From Polyangiaceae bacterium (GTDB lineage Bacteria; Myxococcota_A; Polyangia; Polyangiales; Polyangiaceae), in NCBI GenBank assembly GCA_965222375.1, contig CBDCTZ010000013.1, positions 384,001 through 448,000 on the forward strand: DNA of 64,000 nt. Direction: 5' to 3'. The notes under the pieces were generated by a model. It saw only the letters and a list, made by a program, of their open reading frames with translations. It did not search any database and was not told the origin of the DNA. The position numbers were made by a program, and so were the translations under genes. Numbering within the stretch: position 1 is the stretch's first letter; the number at the start of each line of letters is the position of its first letter. Of this stretch, positions 1 to 10,180 are shown piece after piece.

Positions 1-1
1 T

Positions 2-865
2 CACGGTGCGAGCCTCGAAGCCGTGTGTGAGACCTTCGACGACAAACACAAAGACGCGCTGCAAGCTGCACGCAGCAAAGCCCATGTTCGAGCTCGGGTG
101 CTCGCGGCAATTCGTCGCGTGATCCTGGAGCAAGTCAAAGAACAGTTGCCCTTCGACGAGCCCAAACGCGAGTGGGGCCAACAGGACGGCCACCTCAAAA
201 GGCATTGGAAATCCGCCTATTTGAAGGGAGAAGACAGCTACGTCTTCAACTACGACCACTACCCGGTGTTCTCCGAAAAAGGGCAGCCCGCGCCGCCACA
301 GGTCTGCATCGACTTCATCACCGAAACCTTCGAACGCAGCTCCGGCACCTGGTGGCGTCCGAAGCACAAAAAGCGCGAGCGCACCCGTGGCGGGATCGTC
401 TTCGACGAGCTGACCGACACGGACCGACGTCAAGTCCCGACCTTCGTAGCCTACGCGCAGAAGAAACCCGAGTGGTTCGAGGTCTACACCGTACCGACAC
501 GTCGGCGGCTCCCCTATCTGTTCAAGAAGCGCTTCTATCGCTTCGTCGAACAGGAGCGCGGGCGTCTACAACCCGGCGACATCGTCGTCATCCGCGGGCT
601 AGCGCCCTGGGATCACTACAACACGCCTCACTATCACACCTTCTTCGTGTATGAGCGAGACCCCATCACGGCCATGCCGATCCTTCTGGCCGGCAATGCT
701 GGCAAGCCTCGCATCCAGAGCTGGGAACCCGTCATGGGTCGCACGCCCCATCGCAAGATCGAAACCGTGGTACGACCACGCCTGTCTTGGCTTGCTGGCG
801 CAGTGCGCAATCAATCCGTTGGCACGGCGGCTTACGAAGCGCCGCCGCTCACAACCGAAAACTGA
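2..865 (+). CDS. Hypothetical protein, 5'-partial; C-terminal NlpC/P60 (DUF1287-like) Cys-His hydrolase-like domain
   Basis: Frame is open from the window edge. Motifs QVCIDF, RRQVPTF, LQPGDIVVI and HYHTFFV resemble papain-like NlpC/P60 superfamily motifs. Confidence 0.55.
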   Translation, partial: HGASLEAVCETFDDKHKDALQAARSKAHVRARVLAAIRRVILEQVKEQLPFDEPKREWGQQDGHLKRHWKSAYLKGEDSYVFNYDHYPVFSEKGQPAPPQVCIDFITETFERSSGTWWRPKHKKRERTRGGIVFDELTDTDRRQVPTFVAYAQKKPEWFEVYTVPTRRRLPYLFKKRFYRFVEQERGRLQPGDIVVIRGLAPWDHYNTPHYHTFFVYERDPITAMPILLAGNAGKPRIQSWEPVMGRTPHRKIETVVRPRLSWLAGAVRNQSVGTAAYEAPPLTTEN

Positions 866-878
866 AACCCGCGTGCAG

Positions 879-940
879 CCGGCGCGTGATGGCTCGGCGC
901 GCCGGAATCCAGCGCTCGCGACGCAGCTGGCCCGCGTCGC
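879..940. terminator. Two GC hairpins between convergent genes (possible bidirectional terminator)
   Basis: CCGGCGCG (879-886)/CGCGCCGG (898-905) and GCGACGC (918-924)/GCGTCGC (934-940); no U-tract. Confidence 0.35.
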
Positions 941-945
941 CAGCT

Positions 946-2481
946 TCAGCGCAGCTCGCCTAGATCCTGCAAGATCCCCTCTTCGCCGGACTCCACGCCC
1001 TTCAGAGCGGTGATCTGCTTTCCGAGTTGCTCGCGAGCTGCGATCAGAGATCCCGCTTTCGACCGCCCCACCAGAATGCGAGGCGCCACCGGCGGCACCT
1101 CTGCGCCAAAACGCGCTCGAAACCGCTCCGGCCAATCGCGGCGGAAGCCATCCAGGTCGACCCGAAGACCAGCTCGCTCTGGCGCCGCCACGAGAATGAA
1201 CTCGTCGCCACCATCGCGGATCGGGCGAACGTGTTCCAAGGTCAGCAGCTCTTCTGCGAAGGCTCGCAACACCTGATCCCCACGCTCTTGGCCGAAGGCA
1301 TTGTTGAAGTTGCGGAAGCCGACCAGATCGATGAAGCCCAACTCCACTTCGCTATTGGACAGCCCGGGCAGCTCAGACAGCAGGCTGCACAAGTCGGAGA
1401 AATAGGCGTAGAAGGGCAGACGCGTTTTCTGATCACGATTGGCCGGTGCCAAGTACGGCCAGCGGAATCGAAGCGGAAAAGGCTGCTGCATCGCGACGAG
1501 AAGCGCGACGATTTCCGCACTGAGCCAGGGCGCTTCGGGGCCCAGCGCACGCCAGAGCCCATCCGGGCCCTGAGCATCCTTCAAGAAGCTCTTTGCGCGG
1601 CTCACGTCGTAGGTCGGATCGATGCGGACCATCAGATCGGCGGCTACCAGGCTCGTCAGCACATCCGCCTCGTCGCTCGCGTCACCCCAGCCGCCATCCG
1701 GCAGTTCCTCATCTCGCACGAACTCGACGATGGACGCCACGAGCTGCATGTCCGAGCCCAGCGCCAAGAGCGAGGACGCGAGCTGTGCACTCGCAGACAC
1801 GAGGGGCGTGCGGTGAAAGGGAAATCGGATCCCTTGTACCGGTCCGCGACCGCCTTCGACCCCAGCCGCGTAGCCCGTCGCGATGGCGACCGCCAGCGGA
1901 TGCAGCATGCTGAGCAGCCGCAGCCGGCGGGTCAGGCACCACAGGGCAAATGTGTCCGCCCAGGGATCGAGTCCCTGCACGAAGCGCGCGAAGTCCCGCC
2001 GCAAGACCGGCGCGACTTCCGCCAGAAGCCCGGCGGCCACTTCGTCACCGCCCTCGGCCGCTTCCGCGAGCAGCTCGGCGTTCTCGGTCAGGATGATCGG
2101 AGTGGCGAGGCGTTGCTCGAACTCGAAGGGATCCTTGGCGAGTAGAGGCGCTTCGGCGGCTCGCCAAGCTTGCCAGCGGGTCTCATCCGGAGCGTAGGGC
2201 GGCATGCTCACTCCGCGACGATGGCTGAGCTCCCAGCGGTAGCGCATGTCTCCGCGCGGGTTACCCGCCGCCCGCGACGCCCAGTATTCGAAGAGGGCGC
2301 TAAGGTCGATGTCTTGCCCCAGAGCACGCAATATCCTCGCGTGCGCGCCCGCAAAGGGCTCGGCGAAGTTCATTTCTTCGAGGGCGTGTTGCAGGGCATC
2401 TGCCGCGCGCTGGGCGACGGGGTCCTGCGTGTTTTGTACGCGACCCAAGAGCGCAGACGGAGGCGGAAGCGTCAGTCGCAT
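946..2481 (-). CDS. GGDEF-domain protein with N-terminal prenyltransferase/squalene-cyclase-like repeats
   Basis: C-terminal DQKTRL, FIDLVGFRNFNNAFGQERGDQVL and RDGGDEF. Upstream QW-like motifs DEELPDGGWG and DAQGPDGLWR. Start placed at ATG 2481 to avoid overlapping the upstream gene. Confidence 0.75.
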   Translation of the reverse strand: MRLTLPPPSALLGRVQNTQDPVAQRAADALQHALEEMNFAEPFAGAHARILRALGQDIDLSALFEYWASRAAGNPRGDMRYRWELSHRRGVSMPPYAPDETRWQAWRAAEAPLLAKDPFEFEQRLATPIILTENAELLAEAAEGGDEVAAGLLAEVAPVLRRDFARFVQGLDPWADTFALWCLTRRLRLLSMLHPLAVAIATGYAAGVEGGRGPVQGIRFPFHRTPLVSASAQLASSLLALGSDMQLVASIVEFVRDEELPDGGWGDASDEADVLTSLVAADLMVRIDPTYDVSRAKSFLKDAQGPDGLWRALGPEAPWLSAEIVALLVAMQQPFPLRFRWPYLAPANRDQKTRLPFYAYFSDLCSLLSELPGLSNSEVELGFIDLVGFRNFNNAFGQERGDQVLRAFAEELLTLEHVRPIRDGGDEFILVAAPERAGLRVDLDGFRRDWPERFRARFGAEVPPVAPRILVGRSKAGSLIAAREQLGKQITALKGVESGEEGILQDLGELR

Positions 2482-2488
2482 TGCGCAG

Positions 2489-3292
2489 CTAGCCCTCGAC
2501 GTACTCGCCTTTGGCGAACGCGGCAATGCGATCCACGACGCGTCGCCCATCTTGCACGAACAGATCGTTGTGATTGGCTCCTTCGGCCAAGAACAACGTC
2601 GCGTTGGGGAATGCCTTGGCCAAGGCTTCGCCCATGTCCACGGGAATGATCTCGTCCTTGGTGCCGTGCACGACGAGGACGGGCAGGGTGATGTCAGCGG
2701 CTTTCTTCAGATTGGCGAACTCGTCCTTGAGCAACATGCGCACGGGCAAGATGGGAAAACTGCGCGCGGCGACATCCGGCACCGAAGTGAAGGGACTGAT
2801 CAAAATGAGCCGCGCGCCATGGCCTCGCTTGGCCATCTCGGTTGCGACGCCGCTGCCCAGGGATTGACCCTGCAGCACTACTTCTTCCGTCGGCACCTCC
2901 AGCCCATTGTGCAGATGCCACAGCGCCGACTCGGCATCCGTATACAGCAGGGACTCGCTCGGCTCGTCCTTCTTGGCCAGGCCGTAACCCGGGTATTCGA
3001 CGGCATAGAAACCGAGCCCCGCGCGGCGGAATGCCCAGGCGAGAGGCACGAGATCACCGAGCTCCTCTCCGTTGCCGTGGAAGTGCACCAGGGTAGGCGC
3101 ACCTGCGGGAGCGGGCACGTAGAAGGCGTGCACGGTCCTGCCATCCGGCGCTTTGACCTGGGTCATCCGGGCGCCGTCCATCTTTGGGACGTCACCCCGG
3201 GTCGGCGCGGGGAAAAGCAAACGGCGCTGGCCGAAATACGCGATCGCGCAAACCACCGAGTACGCGCCGATTAAGGTAAGAGCCACGTTCAT
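2489..3292 (-). CDS. Alpha/beta hydrolase (BEM46/ABHD13-like) with N-terminal TM
   Basis: HFHGNGE, YPGYG, nucleophile GQSLG, HGTKDEII, GANHNDL. Confidence 0.9.
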   Translation of the reverse strand: MNVALTLIGAYSVVCAIAYFGQRRLLFPAPTRGDVPKMDGARMTQVKAPDGRTVHAFYVPAPAGAPTLVHFHGNGEELGDLVPLAWAFRRAGLGFYAVEYPGYGLAKKDEPSESLLYTDAESALWHLHNGLEVPTEEVVLQGQSLGSGVATEMAKRGHGARLILISPFTSVPDVAARSFPILPVRMLLKDEFANLKKAADITLPVLVVHGTKDEIIPVDMGEALAKAFPNATLFLAEGANHNDLFVQDGRRVVDRIAAFAKGEYVEG

Positions 3293-3414
3293 CAGTTTCC
3301 GACCCGCCTTCACGGATTCAGAGCCTAGCAAAGCTGCTGGAGAAAACCTCAGCGCTCACAGCAGCGAGCGAAGCCGGCTTTGACGAGGGCGTTGCCCCGG
3401 GCTAACTGCTCCCA

Positions 3415-4800
3415 ATGAACTTACGGATCGCTGGGCTTTGCGCACTGTCCTTGATCGCGTGTTCGCCCGCAAAACCCGCGCGAGCACCGGACACGGGGCC
3501 GAAGCCGGGCGCGGACGCCGTCTTCGAGGTCCTCGAAGCGACCGGTAAGACCTACGTGATGCTCGGGCCAGCGTCATCGCCACCCGAAACGCGTTCCACG
3601 CCCATCGTCATCGGACACGGCTTGGCCCTCGAGATTTCCGGCGAGCGCCCCATCGATACCCCCTTGTCCTTCACGGTGGTCGGCACCCGAGGCGCATGCA
3701 CCAGCAGCGCGTCCACCCTCGTCAAGATCAGCGGCGGCAGCGCCTGGGTCGACGCGGTGAAATTGGACGGCTGCCGAGGGGATCCCGCAGAGCAGCGACT
3801 CGCACTGATGGGTCAGGTCACCGATGCCCGCTGGCTCGAACCCAAAGAGACCATGACCGCGGATGGCGAGCCGGTGCCGACGTCAGGTTTCTTCGAGGGC
3901 AGCCTGGACGGCAAGCTGATCGAACGGAAGATGACCTTCACGGGGCTCGACCTGTCCTTCGAACAGAAGTACCGAGAGCCGACTGAAGGCCCCGTGGCCA
4001 CCCGAGTGGTCGCCAACAACAAAACTATCAGCAGTTTCTACGCAACCTTGGATGCTGCAGTGCGCGCAGGACAGCGCTGGCTTTTCGTCGTGGCCAACGA
4101 TGATGGCGAGCGCAGCGTGCTCGAGCTGCGTGCCGACACCTTGCTGCCGCGGTTGGGCGTCGCGCCGCCGCCTGCGCCAATCAAAGACGAGCCCCCAGAG
4201 GCCGCCCCAAAACCCGCGGGCCCTGCCCTCGCCTCCAAGCCAGCCGCCGAGATCGACGGCGATTTGCGCGCGAGGCGCGCGCCGGAGAAGAACAAGAAGG
4301 GCGGCTTGTTCCTCGTGAATTCTCTGAAGAACGAGTCTGAGCGGGTAGACGCAGAACTCACCGACGAAAAGAACAAGACCCATCGCCTCGAGATCCACTG
4401 GCCCGCGGGCCTCGAAGTCCCCTTCGCCAAGGGCCAGCGCATCCGCATCACCAGCTACGCTACCGGCGGCGGCCCCAATCGCCGCACGAGCCTGGTGTGC
4501 GAGTCGGAAAACGGGCGTTTGCTACTCGCTGTGAACGCGTCCCCCAAAGCCTGGAAGGTGACCCGCGGCAAGTCCTACACCAAGGAGGTCACACCGGACC
4601 GTATCGTAGAGCGCTTTGCGGTCAGTTTCCAACACGGCGAAGCCAACGCGGAAACCCGAGAGCGCTGGGCCTCGTTGGAAACCTCCGAGGGCACCTACTA
4701 CCTCTTCGGAAACTCGGCCAAGGTGAGTCTGAAGAAGGGCCCGCGCCCTCCCGACTTCATGAGCGGCTGGTTGGACTACGCCATCGTATTGGCGCGCTAG
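3415..4800 (+). CDS. Hypothetical lipoprotein, two domains joined by a Pro-rich linker
   Basis: Lipobox LIAC; 461-aa ORF overlapping the stop of the convergent SDR by 4 nt. Confidence 0.7.
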   Translation: MNLRIAGLCALSLIACSPAKPARAPDTGPKPGADAVFEVLEATGKTYVMLGPASSPPETRSTPIVIGHGLALEISGERPIDTPLSFTVVGTRGACTSSASTLVKISGGSAWVDAVKLDGCRGDPAEQRLALMGQVTDARWLEPKETMTADGEPVPTSGFFEGSLDGKLIERKMTFTGLDLSFEQKYREPTEGPVATRVVANNKTISSFYATLDAAVRAGQRWLFVVANDDGERSVLELRADTLLPRLGVAPPPAPIKDEPPEAAPKPAGPALASKPAAEIDGDLRARRAPEKNKKGGLFLVNSLKNESERVDAELTDEKNKTHRLEIHWPAGLEVPFAKGQRIRITSYATGGGPNRRTSLVCESENGRLLLAVNASPKAWKVTRGKSYTKEVTPDRIVERFAVSFQHGEANAETRERWASLETSEGTYYLFGNSAKVSLKKGPRPPDFMSGWLDYAIVLAR

Positions 4801-5570
4801 CCCTTGTTCAGCGTCGCTGCGAGGGTGCGCACAGCGGCTCGTGGGCTAACCCGCAAGCTGTGCATCGCGACTCTGTTCTTGAGCCCGTGCACGACCATGG
4901 GCTTGCCGCGCTTCATCGCGCGATAGGCTTCCTTGGCGACTTGCTCGGGCGAGGCAGCGCCCATTTGAAACAACTTCGTCTTGTCGTTGCCCGCCACCTG
5001 CGCAAACTCCGTGGCCGTTGCACCCGGGCAGCTGACCGTCGCGGTCACGCCGGTGTCCTTGAGTTCGAACCAAAGCGCCTCGGTGAAGCTATTCACGAAC
5101 GCTTTCGTCGCGTAGTAGACGGCCATGAACGGGCCCGGTTGAAAGCCCGCCGTCGACCCGATGTTCAAAATCCGCCCGCGCCCGCGAGTCAGCATCTTTG
5201 GAAGCACCAATCGCGTCAGGTGCACCAGGGACACCACGTTGACTTGGATTTGGCTCAACTCCCGCTCGATGTCCGACTCCGCAAAGGGCCCATTGGTGCC
5301 GAAACCGGCGTTGTTCACCAGGTAGTCGATCACCAGGCCTTCGCGCTCCACGGCCTCGACGATCTGCGCAGCGCTCTTCGGATCCCCCAAATCCGCGTCC
5401 ACGACCAGGGTGCGGACTCCATGCTCGGCGCTGAGCTGCTGCGAAAGTTCTTCCAAGCGGTCTCGTCGACGCGCGACGAGCACGAGACCCACGCCGTCCT
5501 TGGCGAAGAGCTTCGCGAGCTCTTTTCCAATCCCGGCGGAAGCCCCGGTGATGAGTGCCGTTTCGCTCAT
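4797..5570 (-). CDS. Short-chain dehydrogenase/reductase (SDR)
   Basis: [12 protein letters not shown], catalytic YYATK. Confidence 0.95.
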   Translation of the reverse strand: MSETALITGASAGIGKELAKLFAKDGVGLVLVARRRDRLEELSQQLSAEHGVRTLVVDADLGDPKSAAQIVEAVEREGLVIDYLVNNAGFGTNGPFAESDIERELSQIQVNVVSLVHLTRLVLPKMLTRGRGRILNIGSTAGFQPGPFMAVYYATKAFVNSFTEALWFELKDTGVTATVSCPGATATEFAQVAGNDKTKLFQMGAASPEQVAKEAYRAMKRGKPMVVHGLKNRVAMHSLRVSPRAAVRTLAATLNKG

Positions 5571-5685
5571 AGGCCGGTCATATCACGCTCTTGGAGGGAA
5601 AAGAGGACGCGGCAGGAGCGCCATTTCGCCACGAAAAATCCGCGAAGGGCTGCAAAACCCCGGGCGCCGCGACTACCCTAGGCGG

Positions 5686-8214
5686 ATGGTTTCTTCACTT
5701 CAGTCCCCGGCCAAGACCGGCTTCGCCCTCACCCTCCTGTCCGCCCTGGCCCTGGGCTGCTCCGGCAGCGACGACTCCGGCCCCGGCAGCGACGGTGTGC
5801 CCGGTGAAGACCTCGGAGTGCAGTGCACGGGCAAGTGCGACGGCTGGGGCAGCATCAAGAGCTACTACCGCGACGCCAAGAATCTAGATCTGGGCGACCT
5901 AGTCGCAGTTGGCGCGGGCTTCGCGGGCGAAGGCCTCAACGACACCCTGGAAGTGAGCGACTTCGCCGGGATCAAGATCGCCGAGCCCAAGTTCTACACC
6001 ACCAAAGCCAAGGCCGCTCAAGACCTCACCCTCGAGGATTTGGACAAGCTGGTCTCGGGCCTCGCCAGCACCTTCGGCGAAAAGGAGCTCACTACCGAGG
6101 TCAACGCGCTGCGCCTCTCGCACCTGAACGGCTCGAGCGACGAACTCTATGCCGAGCTGGCCTTCCAAGTGGGCGCCGGCGTGCACGGTTGGAACATCGC
6201 CACCGGCGGGTTCGGCAGCGGCTCCGTCAATGTCGGCTTCGACGCCAACGCGTCTCTGGGCGTGCGGGTCATCGGCGCCTACGACGACGAAACTTCCGCC
6301 GTGGGCGGAGCGCCCCTCAAGGCCATGCGCGCCGCGCGTGGATTCATTTTGCCACGCAGCGTCGAGGACATCCGCGCCCTCAAGCCCGGTGAAGTGATCG
6401 CCTGGTCCGGCGACGGCAACATCGGCCTCAACGTCGGCGTCGGCGTTCCGCTGCTCGTGGCTTCGCCCACTCCCGCGCTCAGCTACGGCATCGTGCTTTC
6501 CGCGGGTCTCCGCACTCGCCTCGGCGGCGACGTAGACGTGCAGGTCGTGCGCCTCGGTGGCGACCAGGTCGTCGTCGATGTCGGCGTGCAGGTCGCCAGC
6601 ATCCTTTCCGCGGAGCTGGCCATCGACGACAGCTGGGGCGTACTTGGTTTGGTCAAGAAGAGCGCCGACATCGGTGGCTCCAACGTCGACCTGGGCAAGC
6701 TCGTCGACAAGTCCCTGCGCAAGCAGCTCGACGACAAGCTCAGCTTCGTTTCCGCTCGCTTCGAAAAGAGCAAGCAAAAGACGCGACTGAACGTGGCTCG
6801 CATGCGCTTTTCCCTCGACGCGGGCGGCGATCCCCAGGCGCTGGAGCAAGCATTGGCCCAGGCGCTCCGCGGCGACGTGCGCTTGGCTCAAGCCCTGGCC
6901 AATCGAGGCGAGCCCGGTGTCACGGCTGAGTTCGACATCTCCCGCTCCGGCGTCAGTGCCACGAGCACCGCAGGCGCGGAGATCTTCGGCATGCATTTCT
7001 TCAAGAGCGTCACCGAGGGCAGCGGCTCCGTCGTCGTGCAAACCCCCGGTGGTGCACGCACCTTGCTCTTCGATACCCTGCACAAAGAAGGCGGCTGGTT
7101 CTTCTCGTCTCACGGCTACACGCGAGTGGGCGTGAGCGGCCTCGTCTATGACGCCGGCAGCGGTGGGTTGCCCCAGAGCGAAGCGAACCTCTTCGTGCAG
7201 ATCCAGGAAGGCGACAAATACATGGAGCGGGACAAGCTCCTCGATCACCTCGACTCGGTGATCCGCGCCGTGGGCGGCAAGAGCGCGCTGCAGGCCATCG
7301 AGGGCCCCGGCAACGAGCTGGAGGCGTACGTGCACAATACCTGCAACCCCAGCCCCGCCTTCGATCCTTGCCGCAGCAACGTGCTCAGTGATCCGAAAGT
7401 CGTCAGCTTGCGGGCGCAGGGCGAGCAAGCTTTGGCCCAAGCCGTCGCGAGCCTCGAACCCGCCGCGCAGGATCTGGTCAAGAAGTGCGGCAAGCTCCGC
7501 CTCGACACTCAGGCCACCGTCGAGCCTGCCGCCACCTTCGTCGGCCCCAACGCCAGCGTGGTGCTCGACTACCGCATGGATGATCGAGCCGTCACCTCGC
7601 TTTTGGTCGACAAGAACCGCTTCGACATCAAGAACGCCGTGCTGGCCCACCTCGAGGCCGTCACCATCAAGCGTCAGGATTCGGCCACGGACATTCAGGC
7701 CGCTCGCGCCAAGCTCGATGGTGGCAAGACGGCCGAAGCCCTCGACAGCCTGATGGACATCTACGACGACGCTTCGGGCAAGTACGTTCGCCTCGTCGCC
7801 GCCGAGACCTCCGTCATCGACAACCTCGGCCCCATCGGCCCCCGCGCCGTGGAACTGCGCTTCCCCGTCGATGGTCAGAAGAAGGTCGACTACGAGAAGG
7901 CCACCGCCTCCTCCTTCAGCCAAGCCCGCTCCCGGGTCGCCCTCGAGTTCTTCGACAAGCTCGTCGAAGCGAGCAGCCCCCTCGGTCGCCACAACGAACA
8001 GCCCGCTGCTTACGCGCTGCTATCCCTCGTGCCCGCCGGCCAGCTGGACGTGCGTTTGGACGTCGATATCGATCTCGCCGACAACCTGGGCCAGAACTTC
8101 GACCACTACAAGCAAGCGGGCTGGGTGGAGTTCGACAGCTACGCCAAGGGCACCCAAGTCGCACCCATCGACGGCGGGCAGTTCTCCGTCGACGCGTTGC
8201 TCAATCTGAAATAG
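5686..8214 (+). CDS. Large (about 840 aa) hypothetical lipoprotein
   Basis: Signal with LALGC lipobox followed by GKCDG; strong GC3 codon bias on this frame. Confidence 0.8.
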   Translation: MVSSLQSPAKTGFALTLLSALALGCSGSDDSGPGSDGVPGEDLGVQCTGKCDGWGSIKSYYRDAKNLDLGDLVAVGAGFAGEGLNDTLEVSDFAGIKIAEPKFYTTKAKAAQDLTLEDLDKLVSGLASTFGEKELTTEVNALRLSHLNGSSDELYAELAFQVGAGVHGWNIATGGFGSGSVNVGFDANASLGVRVIGAYDDETSAVGGAPLKAMRAARGFILPRSVEDIRALKPGEVIAWSGDGNIGLNVGVGVPLLVASPTPALSYGIVLSAGLRTRLGGDVDVQVVRLGGDQVVVDVGVQVASILSAELAIDDSWGVLGLVKKSADIGGSNVDLGKLVDKSLRKQLDDKLSFVSARFEKSKQKTRLNVARMRFSLDAGGDPQALEQALAQALRGDVRLAQALANRGEPGVTAEFDISRSGVSATSTAGAEIFGMHFFKSVTEGSGSVVVQTPGGARTLLFDTLHKEGGWFFSSHGYTRVGVSGLVYDAGSGGLPQSEANLFVQIQEGDKYMERDKLLDHLDSVIRAVGGKSALQAIEGPGNELEAYVHNTCNPSPAFDPCRSNVLSDPKVVSLRAQGEQALAQAVASLEPAAQDLVKKCGKLRLDTQATVEPAATFVGPNASVVLDYRMDDRAVTSLLVDKNRFDIKNAVLAHLEAVTIKRQDSATDIQAARAKLDGGKTAEALDSLMDIYDDASGKYVRLVAAETSVIDNLGPIGPRAVELRFPVDGQKKVDYEKATASSFSQARSRVALEFFDKLVEASSPLGRHNEQPAAYALLSLVPAGQLDVRLDVDIDLADNLGQNFDHYKQAGWVEFDSYAKGTQVAPIDGGQFSVDALLNLK

Positions 8215-8218
8215 CGCG

Positions 8219-8237
8219 AGAGCCCTTCGGGGGCTCT
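8219..8237 (+). terminator. Hairpin after the large lipoprotein gene
   Basis: AGAGCCC-TTCGG-GGGCTCT, 4 nt after the stop codon. Confidence 0.5.
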
Positions 8238-8450
8238 GACGTTCTGAGTTCCAGCGGCCACCCGCATCAGCGCTTTGTTTGTTTGGGGTCGCGGGATTGG
8301 GGCGGCGTTGGTGCCCTAATCTCGCGGTGGGGCAAACCAGCGCGACGGCCCCATTGCCGAGTCGCCTAGGCCGCGGCATGCTCGCGCGGTGCAGCATCCA
8401 CGCGGCGCCATGGCCACCCTCCCGCGCGCGCTAGCTCCTGGAGCGTCGCC

Positions 8451-9509
8451 ATGAGCGTTCGGCGCCGCGGCGGTACTTGCGCTCGGCGTTGCGGGGTCAT
8501 GCTTCTGGCCGCCAGCTGTAGCCTGACACTTGGAGCTGGGGCTCAAACAGCGGCCAGCGGCGCGACGGACCCAGAGAGAATTACGGCTTCATTGTCCTGG
8601 GTTCGCGCCGCCGACACCGAAGGCTGCATTTCCACCGAAGCGCTCTCCTCGGAAGTCGAAGCGCGGCTGGGGCGTTCCGTGTTTGGCGCTCGGAGTTCGG
8701 CTGATATGCGCATCGAGGGCAGCATCCAACGAGTCGACTCACCGAACGTACGCTGGCGCGTGCGGTTCACGCTCTACGATGTGGGTGGGAAACCTCTTGG
8801 TCACCGCGACCTCGAAAGCGATCGGGAGGATTGCGCGGCTCTGGATGACTCCCTCGCACTGATCGTGGCACTCCTGGTCGACCTGCACAAAGACGAGGCC
8901 CGGGAGCAGCAGCGCCGGCTAGCGCCACGGCCTCCCGCGAAGAAGCCGACGACCTTCCGCATTCCCAAACGCACCCGCAAGATAGACCGGCGCCGAGCAC
9001 CGGAAGTCTGGTCGGCAGTCGGCGTGTCCACTAGCTATGGCTATCTGCCACAAGCAGCTCTCGGCATTCGGCTCGCGGTGGGTCTCGACCCGGCGGTCTT
9101 CTGGCCAATGGAACTCGACGCCATCCTGACCTTTCCGAGCGAGCGCCACACGAACACGGGCGGCGCTCGCTTCACTGCGAGATCCGTGGGTCTGTCAATC
9201 TGTCCACTGACGTTGCGACAGAGCTGGGTCGTGACCCGTGCCTGTGCAGGAGGGCGGCTTGGGCAGCTGATTGCGACGGGCTTTGGTTTCGATGAAACCC
9301 ACGAGCCGAATGTGCTGGTTCCGAGCGGACTGGCGCGCGTGACGGCGATGTTTCCTCTCGGCGACCACTTCGGCGTCAGCGCGGGAGCCGGGGCGCTGGT
9401 CCCACTGAAACGCCCCCGCTTTGTCGCTGATGAGGCGGGGACCGTGCTGCTCCATCAGCCCTGGCCCGTCAGCCCTCTGGTCGAGTTGGCTGGGGCGGTG
9501 CGTTTCTAG
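8451..9509 (+). CDS. Exported/outer-membrane protein of an ECF sigma cassette
   Basis: Signal-like N-terminus, Cys pair domain, beta-strand-rich C-terminal half ending in Phe; lies directly upstream of the ECF sigma gene. Confidence 0.65.
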   Translation: MSVRRRGGTCARRCGVMLLAASCSLTLGAGAQTAASGATDPERITASLSWVRAADTEGCISTEALSSEVEARLGRSVFGARSSADMRIEGSIQRVDSPNVRWRVRFTLYDVGGKPLGHRDLESDREDCAALDDSLALIVALLVDLHKDEAREQQRRLAPRPPAKKPTTFRIPKRTRKIDRRRAPEVWSAVGVSTSYGYLPQAALGIRLAVGLDPAVFWPMELDAILTFPSERHTNTGGARFTARSVGLSICPLTLRQSWVVTRACAGGRLGQLIATGFGFDETHEPNVLVPSGLARVTAMFPLGDHFGVSAGAGALVPLKRPRFVADEAGTVLLHQPWPVSPLVELAGAVRF

Positions 9510-9598
9510 CGTCAAGCGCCCCATAGCAAATAGGCCAATAAATTCAAGTATTTATAAATTCCTCCATAATCCTGACCTTCAGTCCAAACGAACCAAGT

Positions 9599-10180
9599 AT
9601 GTGGATGGCAATGCCGTTGCCGGACCAGGTCGCGGAGCTGGAGCCGCCCTCCCGCGCCCGAGCGGCTCTCGACTTCCAGCAGGTGTTTCAGGCGCACGCG
9701 GGTTTCGTGTGGCGCACGTTGCGCTATCTGGGCGTACCAGAGAGAGAGCTGGAAGACGCAAGTCAAGAGGTCTTCCTCGTCGTCCACCGGCGCATAGCCG
9801 ACTTCGAGCAGCGCTCAGCGCTGACGACCTGGCTGTACTCCATTGCCAGCAATGTTGCGGGCAACTTCCGCACGCGCGCCCATCACCGTCGGGAGGTCGT
9901 CAGCGAGACGATTCCTGAACGCGCCCAGTCAGCCCCCCAATTGGAACAGGTGGCGCAAGCCGAGGCACGCAAGTTGCTCACGGCGTTGGTCGGAGTGCTC
10001 GATGCCGACAAGCGCAACGTCTTCATCCTGGCCGACATTCAGCAGCTACCCATGGCGCAGGTCGCCGAGGCAGCGGGCTGCGCGATTCAGACGGCCTACT
10101 CCCGCCTGTACTCAGCGCGGAAGCAGCTAGCATCGGAGCTCCGACGGCGACAACTCGGGAGGAAAACCCATGGTGGATGA
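9599..10180 (+). CDS. ECF RNA polymerase sigma-70 factor
   Basis: Region 2 EDASQEVFLVV...TWLYSIASN; region 4 QVAEAAGCAIQTAYSRLYSAR. Confidence 0.93.
   Translation: MWMAMPLPDQVAELEPPSRARAALDFQQVFQAHAGFVWRTLRYLGVPERELEDASQEVFLVVHRRIADFEQRSALTTWLYSIASNVAGNFRTRAHHRREVVSETIPERAQSAPQLEQVAQAEARKLLTALVGVLDADKRNVFILADIQQLPMAQVAEAAGCAIQTAYSRLYSARKQLASELRRRQLGRKTHGG

Noticed and set aside
946..2481. Active squalene-hopene cyclase
   Set aside because: No DxDD catalytic motif and too short for the two-domain enzyme.
5899..7992. 697-aa minus-strand ORF, and other long antisense ORFs (10928-12973, 36936-38417, 48754-50565, 21331-22335)
   Set aside because: Shadow or alternate frames of GC-rich genes that have clear motifs on the other frame.
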